Origin: an uncultured Gemmatimonadales bacterium
GTDB lineage: Bacteria > Gemmatimonadota > Gemmatimonadetes > Longimicrobiales > RSA9
Assembly (NCBI GenBank): GCA_963798085.1
Contig: CAWCRS010000001.1
Coordinates: 32,001 to 96,000 of the forward strand
Direction of reading: 5' to 3'
Length of the DNA stretch: 64,000 nucleotides
Within the stretch, counting starts at the first letter, position 1. The number at the start of each line of letters is the position of its first letter. A program made the translations under genes and the position numbers. This document shows, one piece after another, positions 21,103 through 31,039 of this stretch. Under the pieces are notes generated by a model. The model did no database searches, was not told where the DNA came from, and worked only from the letters and a program-made list of their open reading frames with translations.

Positions 21103-23367
21103 ATGCCCGGCACCCGCTCAACGCTGCTGCTGTCGCTGGTTCTGCCGCTCGCACTGTGGGCGACGATGCGTGTTCATGTTGCGCGCGCGCACGACGCTCA
21201 GAGTGTGCCGCTGCGCGCCGGCATGGTGATCACTCAGTCGGTGCGCATCACGCCTGGCACGTATCGTATTCCCTCGCCGGTTTCGCTGGACAGTCCCGTC
21301 ATCGTCATTCGAGGCGACGACATCACCGTCGACTTCGCGGGCGCCGTGCTGGAGGGCATCGCTCCCGCGGCGGAACCGGACCTGGCGCGCGGCCTCGCCA
21401 TCCGCATCGACGGTGGTCGCAACATCAGCGTACGCAACGCACGTGTTCGCGGCTACAGGATCGGTCTGCTGGCGCGCGGCACGCGCGGTCTCACGCTCGA
21501 AGCGAATGACCTGAGCTACAACTGGAAGCCGCGGCTGTTCAGCCTGATCGAGCACGAGAGCCTGGCGGACTGGCTCTCGCACCATCACAACGAGAACGAT
21601 GAGTGGCTGCGCTTCGGCGCGGGCGCGTACCTCGCGGATGTGCGCGGCGGCGAGATCCGCGGCAACCGCATCGAGCAGGGCATGGAAGGCCTCATGCTGG
21701 TGCGCTGTGACAGCCTGCTCATCTGGAACAACACCATCGAGTTCAACTCCGGCGTGGGCATTGGCCTTTATCGCTCGAGCTACAATCGCATCCTGCACAA
21801 TCACGCGAGCTACAATGTGCGCGGCTACAGTGAGGGCTTCTACCGCCGCGGGCAGGACTCGGCCGACCTGCTGCTGTACGAACAGAGCTCGAACAACATC
21901 GTCGCCTTCAATTCCATGACGCACGGCGGTGATGGCCTTTTCCTGTGGGCCGGCCAGTCCACAATGGACACGGGCCAGGGCGGCGCCAACGACAATCTGT
22001 TCTACGCGAACGATTTCAGCCGGGCGCCCACGAATGCCATGGAAGCGACGTTCAGCCGCAACCGCTTCCTTGGCAACCGGGCGCGGGGCTCCGAGTACGG
22101 GCTCTGGGGCGGCTACAGCTACGACTCGGAGGTCAGCGGGAACGACTTCGCGGACAATCGCACGGGCATTGCCATCGAGCACGGCCAGAACAACCGCATC
22201 ACGGGCAACCGCTTCCTGGGCGATTCCGTGGCCGTGAATCTCTGGGCCAACGCCATCGAGCCTTCCGACTGGGGCTATCCGAAGCAGCGGGACACGCGCA
22301 GCCGCGACTACCATATTGATAACAATGTGTTCGCCGGCAACCGCGTGGCGCTGCGGCTGGCGGACACGCGCACGGCATCCTTCACGGGCAACCGTCTGGT
22401 CGGGGTGGACTCGGTGCTGGCGAGGCAGGACACGTCGGAGCTGCGCATGGCGGGCAATGACACGAGCGGACTGCGCTCGGCGCGTGCGGGCCAGGGCTGG
22501 CCGCCGCCGCTGCCCTCGCCGCTGGCTGGCGCGGAGGCACTCCCGCAGCCGCTGGCCGGCGGCCTGGCGCTGACGGGAGACTCGCTGGCAGGTCGCGACC
22601 GCTCGGCCATCATCGTCGACGACTGGGGGCCATACGACTGGCGCTCGCCCAGGCTGTGGCCGGCCGGCAGTGCACAGGCAGCGCCGCTGCCGCTGCGCGT
22701 GCTCGGCCCGCCAGGCGAATGGCGAATCGTGTCGCAACACGGTGTCAGGACGCTTTCGCGGCAGCGCGGTCGCATGAACGACACGCTGCTGGTGACGCCC
22801 GCGCCGGACGCGACCGGCGACTGGGCCATTACGCTCGAGTACCGTGGCGGTGCGACGATTTCGCCGCGCGGCGAACGGCGGGTCGCGGGTGTCGCCTACC
22901 GTTTTTCGTGGGAGCATTTCCAGCCGGTCGATCACTGGCAGGTCGCGTTCTTCGCGTGGGACGACCACGCCGACCCGCGCAGCAGCGCGGACGCGTTCGC
23001 CGCCCTGCTGCGGGGAACGCCGCTGCTCACCCGCCGGGAGGCTCGTCTGGACTACCTGTGGTTCCGCCCCTCGATCGCGGGACTGCCGCAGGCGAAGTTC
23101 GCCGCGGTGGCCACCACCACGGTCAACCTGGCGCCCGGTATGTACACGCTGCGCGCCATCAGTGATGATGGCGTGCGCGTCCTGGTGGATGGCCGCGTGG
23201 CGATCGACAACTGGCGGCCGCACGAGTCGCTGGTCGATAACGCAACCTTATCCGCGGGCCGCCACACCCTGCGCGTCGAGTACTACCAGGTGGATGGCTG
23301 GGTCGAGTTGCGCGTCGAGATCCTGCGCGGCCGCCAGTCCTCGACCGGCTCGCCGGGCCCGCACTGA
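21103..23367 (+). CDS. Secreted right-handed parallel beta-helix (NosD/pectin-lyase-like) protein with C-terminal PA14 domain
   Basis: Signal peptide; Asn-rich PbH repeats; PA14 motif SDDGVRVLVDG..IDNW..H...RVEYYQ..G. Confidence 0.85.
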   Translation: MPGTRSTLLLSLVLPLALWATMRVHVARAHDAQSVPLRAGMVITQSVRITPGTYRIPSPVSLDSPVIVIRGDDITVDFAGAVLEGIAPAAEPDLARGLAIRIDGGRNISVRNARVRGYRIGLLARGTRGLTLEANDLSYNWKPRLFSLIEHESLADWLSHHHNENDEWLRFGAGAYLADVRGGEIRGNRIEQGMEGLMLVRCDSLLIWNNTIEFNSGVGIGLYRSSYNRILHNHASYNVRGYSEGFYRRGQDSADLLLYEQSSNNIVAFNSMTHGGDGLFLWAGQSTMDTGQGGANDNLFYANDFSRAPTNAMEATFSRNRFLGNRARGSEYGLWGGYSYDSEVSGNDFADNRTGIAIEHGQNNRITGNRFLGDSVAVNLWANAIEPSDWGYPKQRDTRSRDYHIDNNVFAGNRVALRLADTRTASFTGNRLVGVDSVLARQDTSELRMAGNDTSGLRSARAGQGWPPPLPSPLAGAEALPQPLAGGLALTGDSLAGRDRSAIIVDDWGPYDWRSPRLWPAGSAQAAPLPLRVLGPPGEWRIVSQHGVRTLSRQRGRMNDTLLVTPAPDATGDWAITLEYRGGATISPRGERRVAGVAYRFSWEHFQPVDHWQVAFFAWDDHADPRSSADAFAALLRGTPLLTRREARLDYLWFRPSIAGLPQAKFAAVATTTVNLAPGMYTLRAISDDGVRVLVDGRVAIDNWRPHESLVDNATLSAGRHTLRVEYYQVDGWVELRVEILRGRQSSTGSPGPH

Positions 23368-23594
23368 CCCGGGCCAGCCACGCGCGCGTCGGCGTCCGTG
23401 TGATCCTGCCTTCCCACGGTCCGCTGGTGTATTGTCCGCCGCGAGCACGAGCGGAGCCTGCCGACCCTCATTGCGGAGTGACAATGGTCACTGCGCCGGG
23501 CGCCGGCATCCGGCTATAGTGAAGAGGCGGTGTGGCATGGGCCGGACCGCGCCCGTGCTCCGAGGCGGGGCAGACGGTCACCAGCGGAGGCAAC

Positions 23595-24548
23595 ATGCGG
23601 CGGCACCTCATTTCCATTCTCGTGAGCACGCTCCTGGGTTCACTCGCGACGCTGACCACGGTGCGCGCGCAGGACACCGGTCACATGGCGGGCATGGGCA
23701 TGGCCCACGATTCCGCGGGCGGGCAGATGGCCGTGATCCACCAGCTGGTCATGAATCACGAGAAGATCCGGCGTACGGTCACGAACCTGGACGACGGTGT
23801 GCGCGCAGTGACGGAGTCGGACGATCCGGCCATGGTCGCGCTCATTCGGCAGCACGTGGGCGGCATGCAGCTCAGCCTTGCGCACGGCCATGACCCGCAG
23901 CTCCCCATGGAGAGCGCGACCACACACGCGATCTTCGACGGCGCGGGCAAGGTCCGGACGCGGGTCGACAGCACCGCGCTGGGCGTGGTCGTGGTGCAGA
24001 CGTCTACCGACCCGGCCATCGTCAAGCTGCTGCAGGAGCATGCTGCGGAAGTGAGCGATCTGGTGAAGCGCGGCATGGCCGCCATGCACGACGGCATGAT
24101 GGGCGGGATGATGGGTGGAATGATGCACGCGGACTCTGACACCGCGTTCGCCTCGATGCAGATGCGCGGCAGGGCCGCCATGGGCGTGGACCAGTACACG
24201 TCGACGCACCGGTTCGACGCACTGCCCGATGGCGGGCGCATCGAGCTGCAGCGTGATGTCGACGATGCGGCCGGCGTGGCGCAGATCCGGGAGCACCTGC
24301 AGGGCATCGCGCAGGCGTTCCGTTCCGGCGACTTCAGCACACCCGCCTTCGTGCACATGCAGCAGGTCCCGGGCGCCGCTGTAATGGCCGCCAAACGCGC
24401 GCTTATCACGTACACCTACCACGACCTGCCGCGCGGCGGCGAGCTGCGCATGGCGACCCGTGATTCCGCGGCACTGGAAGCGATTCATGCGTTCATGGCG
24501 TTCCAGCGCGGGGAGCATCACGCGAGCGGCAAGGACAGCGGGAAGTAG
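23595..24548 (+). CDS. Secreted Met/His-rich hypothetical protein with four internal repeats
   Basis: Signal peptide; GHMAGMGMAH and MHDGMMGGMMGGMMH tracts; ATG after GGAGG. Confidence 0.75.
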   Translation: MRRHLISILVSTLLGSLATLTTVRAQDTGHMAGMGMAHDSAGGQMAVIHQLVMNHEKIRRTVTNLDDGVRAVTESDDPAMVALIRQHVGGMQLSLAHGHDPQLPMESATTHAIFDGAGKVRTRVDSTALGVVVVQTSTDPAIVKLLQEHAAEVSDLVKRGMAAMHDGMMGGMMGGMMHADSDTAFASMQMRGRAAMGVDQYTSTHRFDALPDGGRIELQRDVDDAAGVAQIREHLQGIAQAFRSGDFSTPAFVHMQQVPGAAVMAAKRALITYTYHDLPRGGELRMATRDSAALEAIHAFMAFQRGEHHASGKDSGK

Positions 24549-24998
24549 CTATGCCGGTGAGTCGGCTGGCGGCGTCAGGTCTGCCTGCACCCTGAGCAGT
24601 GCGCGCGCAATGCCGTCGCGCACCATCTCGCCGTACGGGCCTGCGGGCAGATACGCGCAGCTCGCCTGCGCCCGCTCGTAGTAGCGCCTCGCCTCGAGCG
24701 GCTCGCCGCAGTGCTCGAAGGAAGCGCCCGCGTTCAGGTACAACGATGGGTAGAAACCGCGCACGCGTTCGTCGCCCACCGCATCCGCGTGCTGCAGCGC
24801 CAGCAGATTCCACTGCATTGTCTGCTCGACGCTGTCCTGGTGGCGGGCCAGGTAGTGTGCGGCGATGCATGCCTCGAAGTCATCGCTGCGGCTTTGCCAC
24901 GCCTGCTCGAACAGGGCGCGCGCGGCGTCGTTGCGGCCCTCGCCCTCTGCCTGCATGCCTTCCGCGCACAGCTTCACGACCGCATTGTCAGGGTCCAT
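24549..24998 (-). CDS. Small TPR-like helical hypothetical protein
   Basis: MDPDNAVVKLCAEGM...ARALFEQAW...AAHYLARHQ...FYPSLYLN.G. Confidence 0.7.
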   Translation of the reverse strand: MDPDNAVVKLCAEGMQAEGEGRNDAARALFEQAWQSRSDDFEACIAAHYLARHQDSVEQTMQWNLLALQHADAVGDERVRGFYPSLYLNAGASFEHCGEPLEARRYYERAQASCAYLPAGPYGEMVRDGIARALLRVQADLTPPADSPA

Positions 24999-25116
24999 GC
25001 TTCCAAGCTTAACCTCGCCGCGCTGCCGGGGCCATTGAACTTTGCCGGCGCGCGGCGCGTCACTACAGCGTGTCCGGTACCGGGTCCTGCGTGGAACTGC
25101 TCGCCATGGCAACACA

Positions 25117-25662
25117 GTGACGGTGGACAACCTGCGTCTGCACCTGACGGTGCTGCGCTGTCAGGCGGGGGACGAAGCCGCGTTCGCCCTGCTTTTCGAG
25201 TGGTTCGGCGCGCGGACGCACGGTTACCTGCGCGGCCTGGTGGGTGAGGAAGCGGCCGAGGACGTCCAGCAGGAAGTCTGGCTGTCGGTGTTCCGCGGCA
25301 TTCGCGGGCTCAGCAATCCGCAGGGATTCCGCACGTGGCTCTTCCAGACCACGCGGCATCGCGCCATCGATTTCCTGCGCCGCGTGCGGCGTCATCGCGA
25401 GCTGCTGGACAGCGCGACCACGGAGCTGGCGGACCGCAGCGATGAAGGCGACGAACCGCTCACGGACATGGACAGCAGCGTCGTCGAGCAGGCCCTCACC
25501 GCACTGCCGGCGCCGCAGCGGGAAGTGCTGCTGCTGCGCTATCGCGATGACCTGAGCTATGCGGAGATCGCGCTGGTGGTGGGCTGCTCCATTGGCACGG
25601 TCCGCTCCCGGCTGCACCACGCCAAACGCCGGCTGCAGGGAATCCTGAAACAGCAGAGTTAG
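25117..25662 (+). CDS. ECF RNA polymerase sigma factor
   Basis: GDEAAF, AEDVQQEVW, FRTWL, LSYAEIA..GCSIGTVRSRLH.AK. Confidence 0.9.
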   Translation: MTVDNLRLHLTVLRCQAGDEAAFALLFEWFGARTHGYLRGLVGEEAAEDVQQEVWLSVFRGIRGLSNPQGFRTWLFQTTRHRAIDFLRRVRRHRELLDSATTELADRSDEGDEPLTDMDSSVVEQALTALPAPQREVLLLRYRDDLSYAEIALVVGCSIGTVRSRLHHAKRRLQGILKQQS

Positions 25663-25700
25663 CGGCAGCAGGCGAGCGTCAATTCACTGTGGAGGCAGAC

Positions 25701-26078
25701 ATGACAGGTTCGCGAAGCGACGAATTGTGGAACGTAGTGCGCAAGGAGAAGCGGGTGGATCGCATCATACGGTGGGTCAGTGTCACCGCCTGGGTCAGTA
25801 CCTTCGCCGTGCTGCTGGTCTACGCATCCGTGATCTTCTCGCAGGTGGCGTGGACGAAGAAGCTGGTAGCGCTGGGCACGGCGCCGCAGGGCGCCGTGTG
25901 GCAGACGGCCATGCCGCTGGTGATCGTGGTCGGTCTGTTCTGCGTGCTCGTCGCGACGCTGAGCACGATCGGCGTTTTCCTGCGCTTCCGCACGGCGAGT
26001 CTGGCCGAGATCCAGCTGCGGCTGGCCGCGCTGGAGGCCATGCTCGCCGGGCGAGGCGATGCCGCGAATGGCGAGTGA
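25701..26078 (+). CDS. Two-TM membrane protein, putative anti-sigma factor
   Basis: Directly downstream of the ECF sigma gene; GGAGG RBS; two hydrophobic helices. Confidence 0.6.
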   Translation: MTGSRSDELWNVVRKEKRVDRIIRWVSVTAWVSTFAVLLVYASVIFSQVAWTKKLVALGTAPQGAVWQTAMPLVIVVGLFCVLVATLSTIGVFLRFRTASLAEIQLRLAALEAMLAGRGDAANGE

Positions 26079-26079
26079 A

Positions 26080-27327
26080 TCAGTGCTTCTGCAGTGCGTA
26101 GCGGCGCACGGTCTCCACATCCAGCGCGTTACGGAACACGCCCAGCACGTAGTCGGCGCCGATCTCGTGCGGCTGGAACGTGGCCGGAAATGAGACGACG
26201 CCGAGCCATTGGCCGCCCGCATCGAACACGGTCCATGTGTTCGTCGTGTCCACCGCCGTGCGATAGTCCTGGGCCCCGAGGTCATTATCGGAGTCGATGA
26301 TCCAGGCATTGCCGAAGGCGGGCAGCGTTTTCAGGCGAGGCCGCTCTGTGTAGTCCTTCTGGATGGCGGCCTTGCGCTCCGGTGTGGTGGCCGCGGCCAG
26401 TTCGGCCTCCTGCAGGCGGTTCACCAGGGCGTCCGTCACCGGCCGTGGCTCGAAGCGACGGCGCATGCTGCGCAGCTCGCGGCCGTGCACGTCGTACTCG
26501 TCGACCGCATAGCTGTCGCCCATGCCGCGCAGGAACGCGAGGCCGTGCGCCATGATAACGGCGAGTTTGGCGAACCGCGGTGCGCCGATGGCACCGTTCG
26601 CCAGCGTCACAAAGTCCGATTCCGGGAAGTGGCCGAGCGTATCCAGCACGGTGCCATCGGCCTGGCCGCGCAGGGCCAGCGTGAGCGAGCGGCCCTCGCC
26701 CTGCGCGTTCTCGATGAACTGATTGCGTCGCATGTAGAACGTGCCATCCGCGAAGCGAGCCCACGCGATCCAGGCCACGCCGCGCGAACCCTTCTGCTCG
26801 AACGTCACCATGTTCAACGGCTTGCCGTCCGCATCGAACGTGGTGATGCGGGAATTGGACGGGTCGAACACGATCAGGCTGTCGGGTGGTGCCAGCCACA
26901 CATCCCAGATGGCGCGATACTCGCCCGGGCCCGCGCCGCTGTGGCCAATGCTGTGCTGGAAAGCACCAGACTTGTCGAACACGCGGATCTCGGCGGGCCG
27001 GTTCGCGTTCACCACGACAATGCGGCCATCGCCCAGCGTGTAGAGGCGACGAATCGTCGTGAACTCTTCCGCGGGTGACTTCGGGTCCTCACCGATCGTC
27101 AGCGTCGGGGTCGCGGCGATGCGCCAGCCCTGCCCGGCCCGCCATACCGGCGCGCGGCTCGTGATGATGCGCACACCCGCACTGTCCGTGATCAATGCGG
27201 TGCCCTGCGCCCGTGCGCCGGACGCGAGCACGGCGAGCGGAAGCAGCAGCGTCGCATACCATGCGGAACAGGGCGCCAGCGCAAGCCCGCGCCGGTCCGG
27301 GTGCACGGACGACTGCCGCGCGCTCAC
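26080..27327 (-). CDS. Secreted 6-bladed beta-propeller protein
   Basis: GTG overlaps the pit stop; DSAGVRII, GHSGAGPGEY, WTVFD..GQWLG.V, LDVETVRRY. Confidence 0.8.
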   Translation of the reverse strand: MSARQSSVHPDRRGLALAPCSAWYATLLLPLAVLASGARAQGTALITDSAGVRIITSRAPVWRAGQGWRIAATPTLTIGEDPKSPAEEFTTIRRLYTLGDGRIVVVNANRPAEIRVFDKSGAFQHSIGHSGAGPGEYRAIWDVWLAPPDSLIVFDPSNSRITTFDADGKPLNMVTFEQKGSRGVAWIAWARFADGTFYMRRNQFIENAQGEGRSLTLALRGQADGTVLDTLGHFPESDFVTLANGAIGAPRFAKLAVIMAHGLAFLRGMGDSYAVDEYDVHGRELRSMRRRFEPRPVTDALVNRLQEAELAAATTPERKAAIQKDYTERPRLKTLPAFGNAWIIDSDNDLGAQDYRTAVDTTNTWTVFDAGGQWLGVVSFPATFQPHEIGADYVLGVFRNALDVETVRRYALQKH

Positions 27328-28358
27328 GGACTCACGAGTCGGGCGAGCAGGAAGTAGAAGCCCGCGGCCAGCAGGGATGCTGCGGGAATGGTGAGCAGCC
27401 ATGCCCATACGATGCGTGCGGCAATGCCCCAGCGCACCGCGGACAAACGCTGTGTTGCGCCCACGCCGACGATGGAGCCGGTAATGGTGTGGGTGGTGCT
27501 CACGGGAATGCCGAACCGAGTGGCGAGCAGGATGCTGAGGGCGCCGCCGGTTTCGGCGCAGAAGCCGTTCACGGGACGCAGCTTCGTGATGCGCGTGCCC
27601 ATGGTGTGCACGATGCGCCAGCCGCCGAACAGGGTGCCCAGCGAAATCGCGCTGTACGCACACAGCTCGACCCAGAGCGGGATGTGGTTGGTGGCCGTCA
27701 CGTGCATGAATGACAGCCAGCCGGTCTCCCCGGCGAACACCGTCTGGCTGGCCGCCAGCAGCCCGACGATGATGCCCATGGTCTTCTGCGCGTCATTGGC
27801 GCCGTGGGAGAGCGAGAAGAATGCCGAGCTGGCCAGCTGCGCCACGCGGAACGTGCGATCGACCCGGCCCGGCGGCACGCGGTGGAAAGCCCAGTACGTC
27901 GCCACCATCAGCGTGTAGCCCAGAATCAGGCCGATGAGGGGCGAGAGCACGATGAAGACCAGCGTCTTGGTCCAGCCCGCGGGAATGATGGCGGCCGGGC
28001 CGATCTTCGCAATGGCTGCTCCCGCGTAGCCGCCCAGCAGTGCATGCGACGAGCTGGAGGGCAGGCCGAAATACCATGTTATCAGGTTCCAGGCGATCGC
28101 GCCCAGCAGGCCGCCCAGAATGACGGAGGGCGTGACCGCGGCGGCATCGATCATGCCGCCGCCCACGGTTTGCGCCACAGCCGTGCCCACCGTGAACGCG
28201 GCCGCGAAATTGAAGAGCGCGGCCCAGCCTACCGCCGCAATCGGTGAGAGCACACGCGTGCCCACCACCGTGGCGATGGAGTTGGCCGAATCGTGAAACC
28301 CGTTGATGAAATCGAAAATGAAGGCGATGAGTACGATCAGGACAATGTAGTTGATCAC
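27324..28358 (-). CDS. pit: Inorganic phosphate transporter (PiT family)
   Basis: NGFHDSANSIAT, PSSSSH, HGANDAQK, PVSTTH. Confidence 0.95.
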   Translation of the reverse strand: MINYIVLIVLIAFIFDFINGFHDSANSIATVVGTRVLSPIAAVGWAALFNFAAAFTVGTAVAQTVGGGMIDAAAVTPSVILGGLLGAIAWNLITWYFGLPSSSSHALLGGYAGAAIAKIGPAAIIPAGWTKTLVFIVLSPLIGLILGYTLMVATYWAFHRVPPGRVDRTFRVAQLASSAFFSLSHGANDAQKTMGIIVGLLAASQTVFAGETGWLSFMHVTATNHIPLWVELCAYSAISLGTLFGGWRIVHTMGTRITKLRPVNGFCAETGGALSILLATRFGIPVSTTHTITGSIVGVGATQRLSAVRWGIAARIVWAWLLTIPAASLLAAGFYFLLARLVSP

Positions 28359-28371
28359 GTGGCGCGCGTGG

Positions 28372-28983
28372 TCAGCTGTGTTTCAGGCTGATGCTTTCCA
28401 GGACATTCGACACATCCTCGCACGCATCAATGGCGTTCTCCAGCGTGTCGTACAGGTCCTTCCACTTGATGACCTCGAGCGGATCCGGTGAGCCCGCGAA
28501 CAGGCTCTCGAGCGCTTCGTGGTAGATCCCATCGCCTTCTTCCTCGAGGCGCTTGATCTCGCGCGTGCGCTCGCCCACCACACGCGGCTTCTTCACCGCT
28601 ACCACCGCGATCTCAATGGCGTTGCCCGCACGCGCCAGCACATCGGCGAGTCTGCGCGCGGGCTCGCGGCTCTCCTTGACGTGATAGACTCGAATGCGCC
28701 GGGCCGTGCCATCCAGCAGGTCGATGACATTGTCCAGGCGGGACGCGAGCAGGTGGATGTCTTCGCGGTCGAACGGCGTCACGAAGGTCTGGTCGATGCG
28801 CGCGATGATGCCGCGTGTCAGCTGGTCCGCCTCGTGCTCGACGGCCTTGATGGCGCTCACGATCTCATCCAGCCGGCCAATATCCTGAAACAGCTGATTG
28901 AGCAGCCGTGCCGCAGCCGTGACCTGCCGGGCCAGCTGATCGAACATCGTGAAGAACTCCTCATCGCGCGGCAGTATGCGCAT
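28372..28983 (-). CDS. DUF47 PhoU-like PiT accessory protein
   Basis: EHEAD, TFVTPFDREDI, LEEEGD, KWKDLY..LE; upstream of pit. Confidence 0.92.
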   Translation of the reverse strand: MRILPRDEEFFTMFDQLARQVTAAARLLNQLFQDIGRLDEIVSAIKAVEHEADQLTRGIIARIDQTFVTPFDREDIHLLASRLDNVIDLLDGTARRIRVYHVKESREPARRLADVLARAGNAIEIAVVAVKKPRVVGERTREIKRLEEEGDGIYHEALESLFAGSPDPLEVIKWKDLYDTLENAIDACEDVSNVLESISLKHS

Positions 28984-28992
28984 GTGCGCGGC

Positions 28993-30823
28993 TCAGGTCT
29001 GGTGCAGCGTGCGCGCCGGCAATGTCCTCGCCACGTGCCACGCAGGGAAGAGCGCGCCGGCCAGTGCGGCACCGACAATGGCGAGCAGTATGGGCAGTGC
29101 CGTGTGCGCATCGAGCGTGGGCATGCCGCCAATGCGCATTCTCAGTGCACGTCCTGCGGACCAGGCGCCAATGCTGCCCAGTGCCACACCGATCAGCACT
29201 GTGCGTGTCGTCCTCGACATGACCAGGGCGAGCAGTCGCAGCGGCGTCGCGCCCACCGCCGCGCGCAGCGCCAGCTCGCGCCGGCGGGCCCGCACCTGCG
29301 CCCGCACCGTGGCCAGCACGCCGTGCAGTGCCAGCGCCGCCGCGGCCGCGGCCATCAGCGCGAAAGCCGCACCGAACCAGCGCAGCGGCGCCACGGCTTT
29401 CTCCATCTGCGTCGTCATGGTCGAGGGATTCTGCACCGTGGCGTGCGCCACACCGGCCACGGGCCGCACGCGGTCCGCTACCACCGCGGGGTCGTCGTCG
29501 CTGCGCACGGCCAGCCCCACGGTGGCCGGCGGCTGCTGCACGACGGAGAGATAGAGCACGGCTTCATCGCTGCGTGGCGCGCCCAGTCCGCGCGCAGGCA
29601 GATCGCGCACCACGCCTACCACCGTGTACCATTCGCTGTGCGCATCACCCACGCGCACGCGGTGCCCGATGGGATTGCCCGCCTCGAAGCTGCGCTTTGC
29701 AAATGTCTCGTTAACCACGGCCACCTTCGCGGTGTCGAAGTTGTCCGAGCTGCGGAACGTGCGCCCGCTGACCAGGCCAATGTGCAGTGCCTCGAAGTAG
29801 CCGGCACTGACGGCGTGGTGGGTGACGAATGCGCCCTGCACGGGCAGGAACATGCCGCCACGCGCGCAATTGCCACACTCGACCAGCACGCGGTCATTCA
29901 CGCCCAGGCCGACCCATGTGCCCGGACTGGACAGCGATTCCGCCTGGATGCCGGGCAGCGCGCGCACGCGCTCGAGAACCGTGGCCCACGCGACCGCACG
30001 TTCCCTGGCTGTAGCGCCGGCCGCGTTCAGCTCGACCGTCACCAGACCGGCACTGCTGAAGCCCGCATCACCGGGCGAGCGCTGGCCGAAGCGCAGCAGC
30101 AGCGCGCTCGTGCAGCACAGCACCAGCGCCAGCGCGATTTCGGCGACGACGGGTGCGCCGTGTGCGCGGCGTTCCTTCCGACTCGCGGTAGCGCTGCCGC
30201 CCGCGAGTGCACCGCGCAGGTCGGGCGCCTGCCCGCGGGCACGCGCCGTGAGCACGAGCAGCAGCAGCGGCGCCAGGGCCAGCGCCAGCGCGGCACCGGC
30301 CAGACCGAAGCGTGCCATTGGCTCGAGGCCCACCGGCCACGTCGACCGCGCGACTAACAGCAGACTTGCGCCCGCCAGCGCGGCCAGCAGCAGGCCACCG
30401 CCATAGAGGAACGCCGCCTCGCGCGCGCGGTCCGCGAACAGAATGCCGCGGCTCCGCGCCCAGGGCGGAGCGGATCGCGAATTCCCGACGTCGCTGTGCC
30501 GCGCGACTGGCGGCGAGCGCGAGCACATTGCCCAGCGCCATCGCCGCGGCCGCGCCGGCCAGCGCCAGCAGCACGCTCACGAGCGTGGCCACACTCGCGG
30601 CCTGGCTGCCCGCCGGCGAGATGGCCCTGTCGCTCCAGCTGCTGGACCACACGGTGTCGGCAATCGCGTCCGCGCGCACACGCGCCGCCACGTGCACCGG
30701 CCACAGCGTCGCGACGCGCAGCAGCCCGCCGGCCGCGATGACCAGCGCCAGGCCTCCCGCCAGCGAGAGCCAGACGAACGCAATGAAGCCGCGGTGCCGG
30801 CGCGCGAGTACTTGAATGGACAC
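28993..30823 (-). CDS. FtsX/MacB-type ABC permease; 1-nt insertion at about 30454
   Basis: RRREFAIRSALGA(S)RG links ORF 30068..30823 to ORF 28993..30528 if one base is removed; VVAEIALALVL, VAVVNETFA, RRRELALRAAVGA. Confidence 0.75.
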
Positions 30824-30945
30824 GTCGCCTCCTGGGGTTTTGTAACAGCCCCATTCTGGCCGGCGGCGGGAGGGCGCGCAATGAGGCGGGGTCCGGGCGC
30901 CTTTCGCGCGCGCCTGGCCGAACCTCGGCGGGACAGAGGAGCGAA

Positions 30946-30976
30946 GGAGGGCAGAGCGTTCTACGCCCTGCCCTCC
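30946..30976 (-). terminator. Hairpin downstream of susD
   Basis: GGAGGGCAGGGCGT-AGA-ACGCTCTGCCCTCC on the minus strand; weak U-tract. Confidence 0.5.
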
Positions 30977-31039
30977 AACCGGACCCGGTCCGCCTCGTCG
31001 TGACCTTGCGCGCTCGGCCCCGTCGCGCGACGGTCGGGT

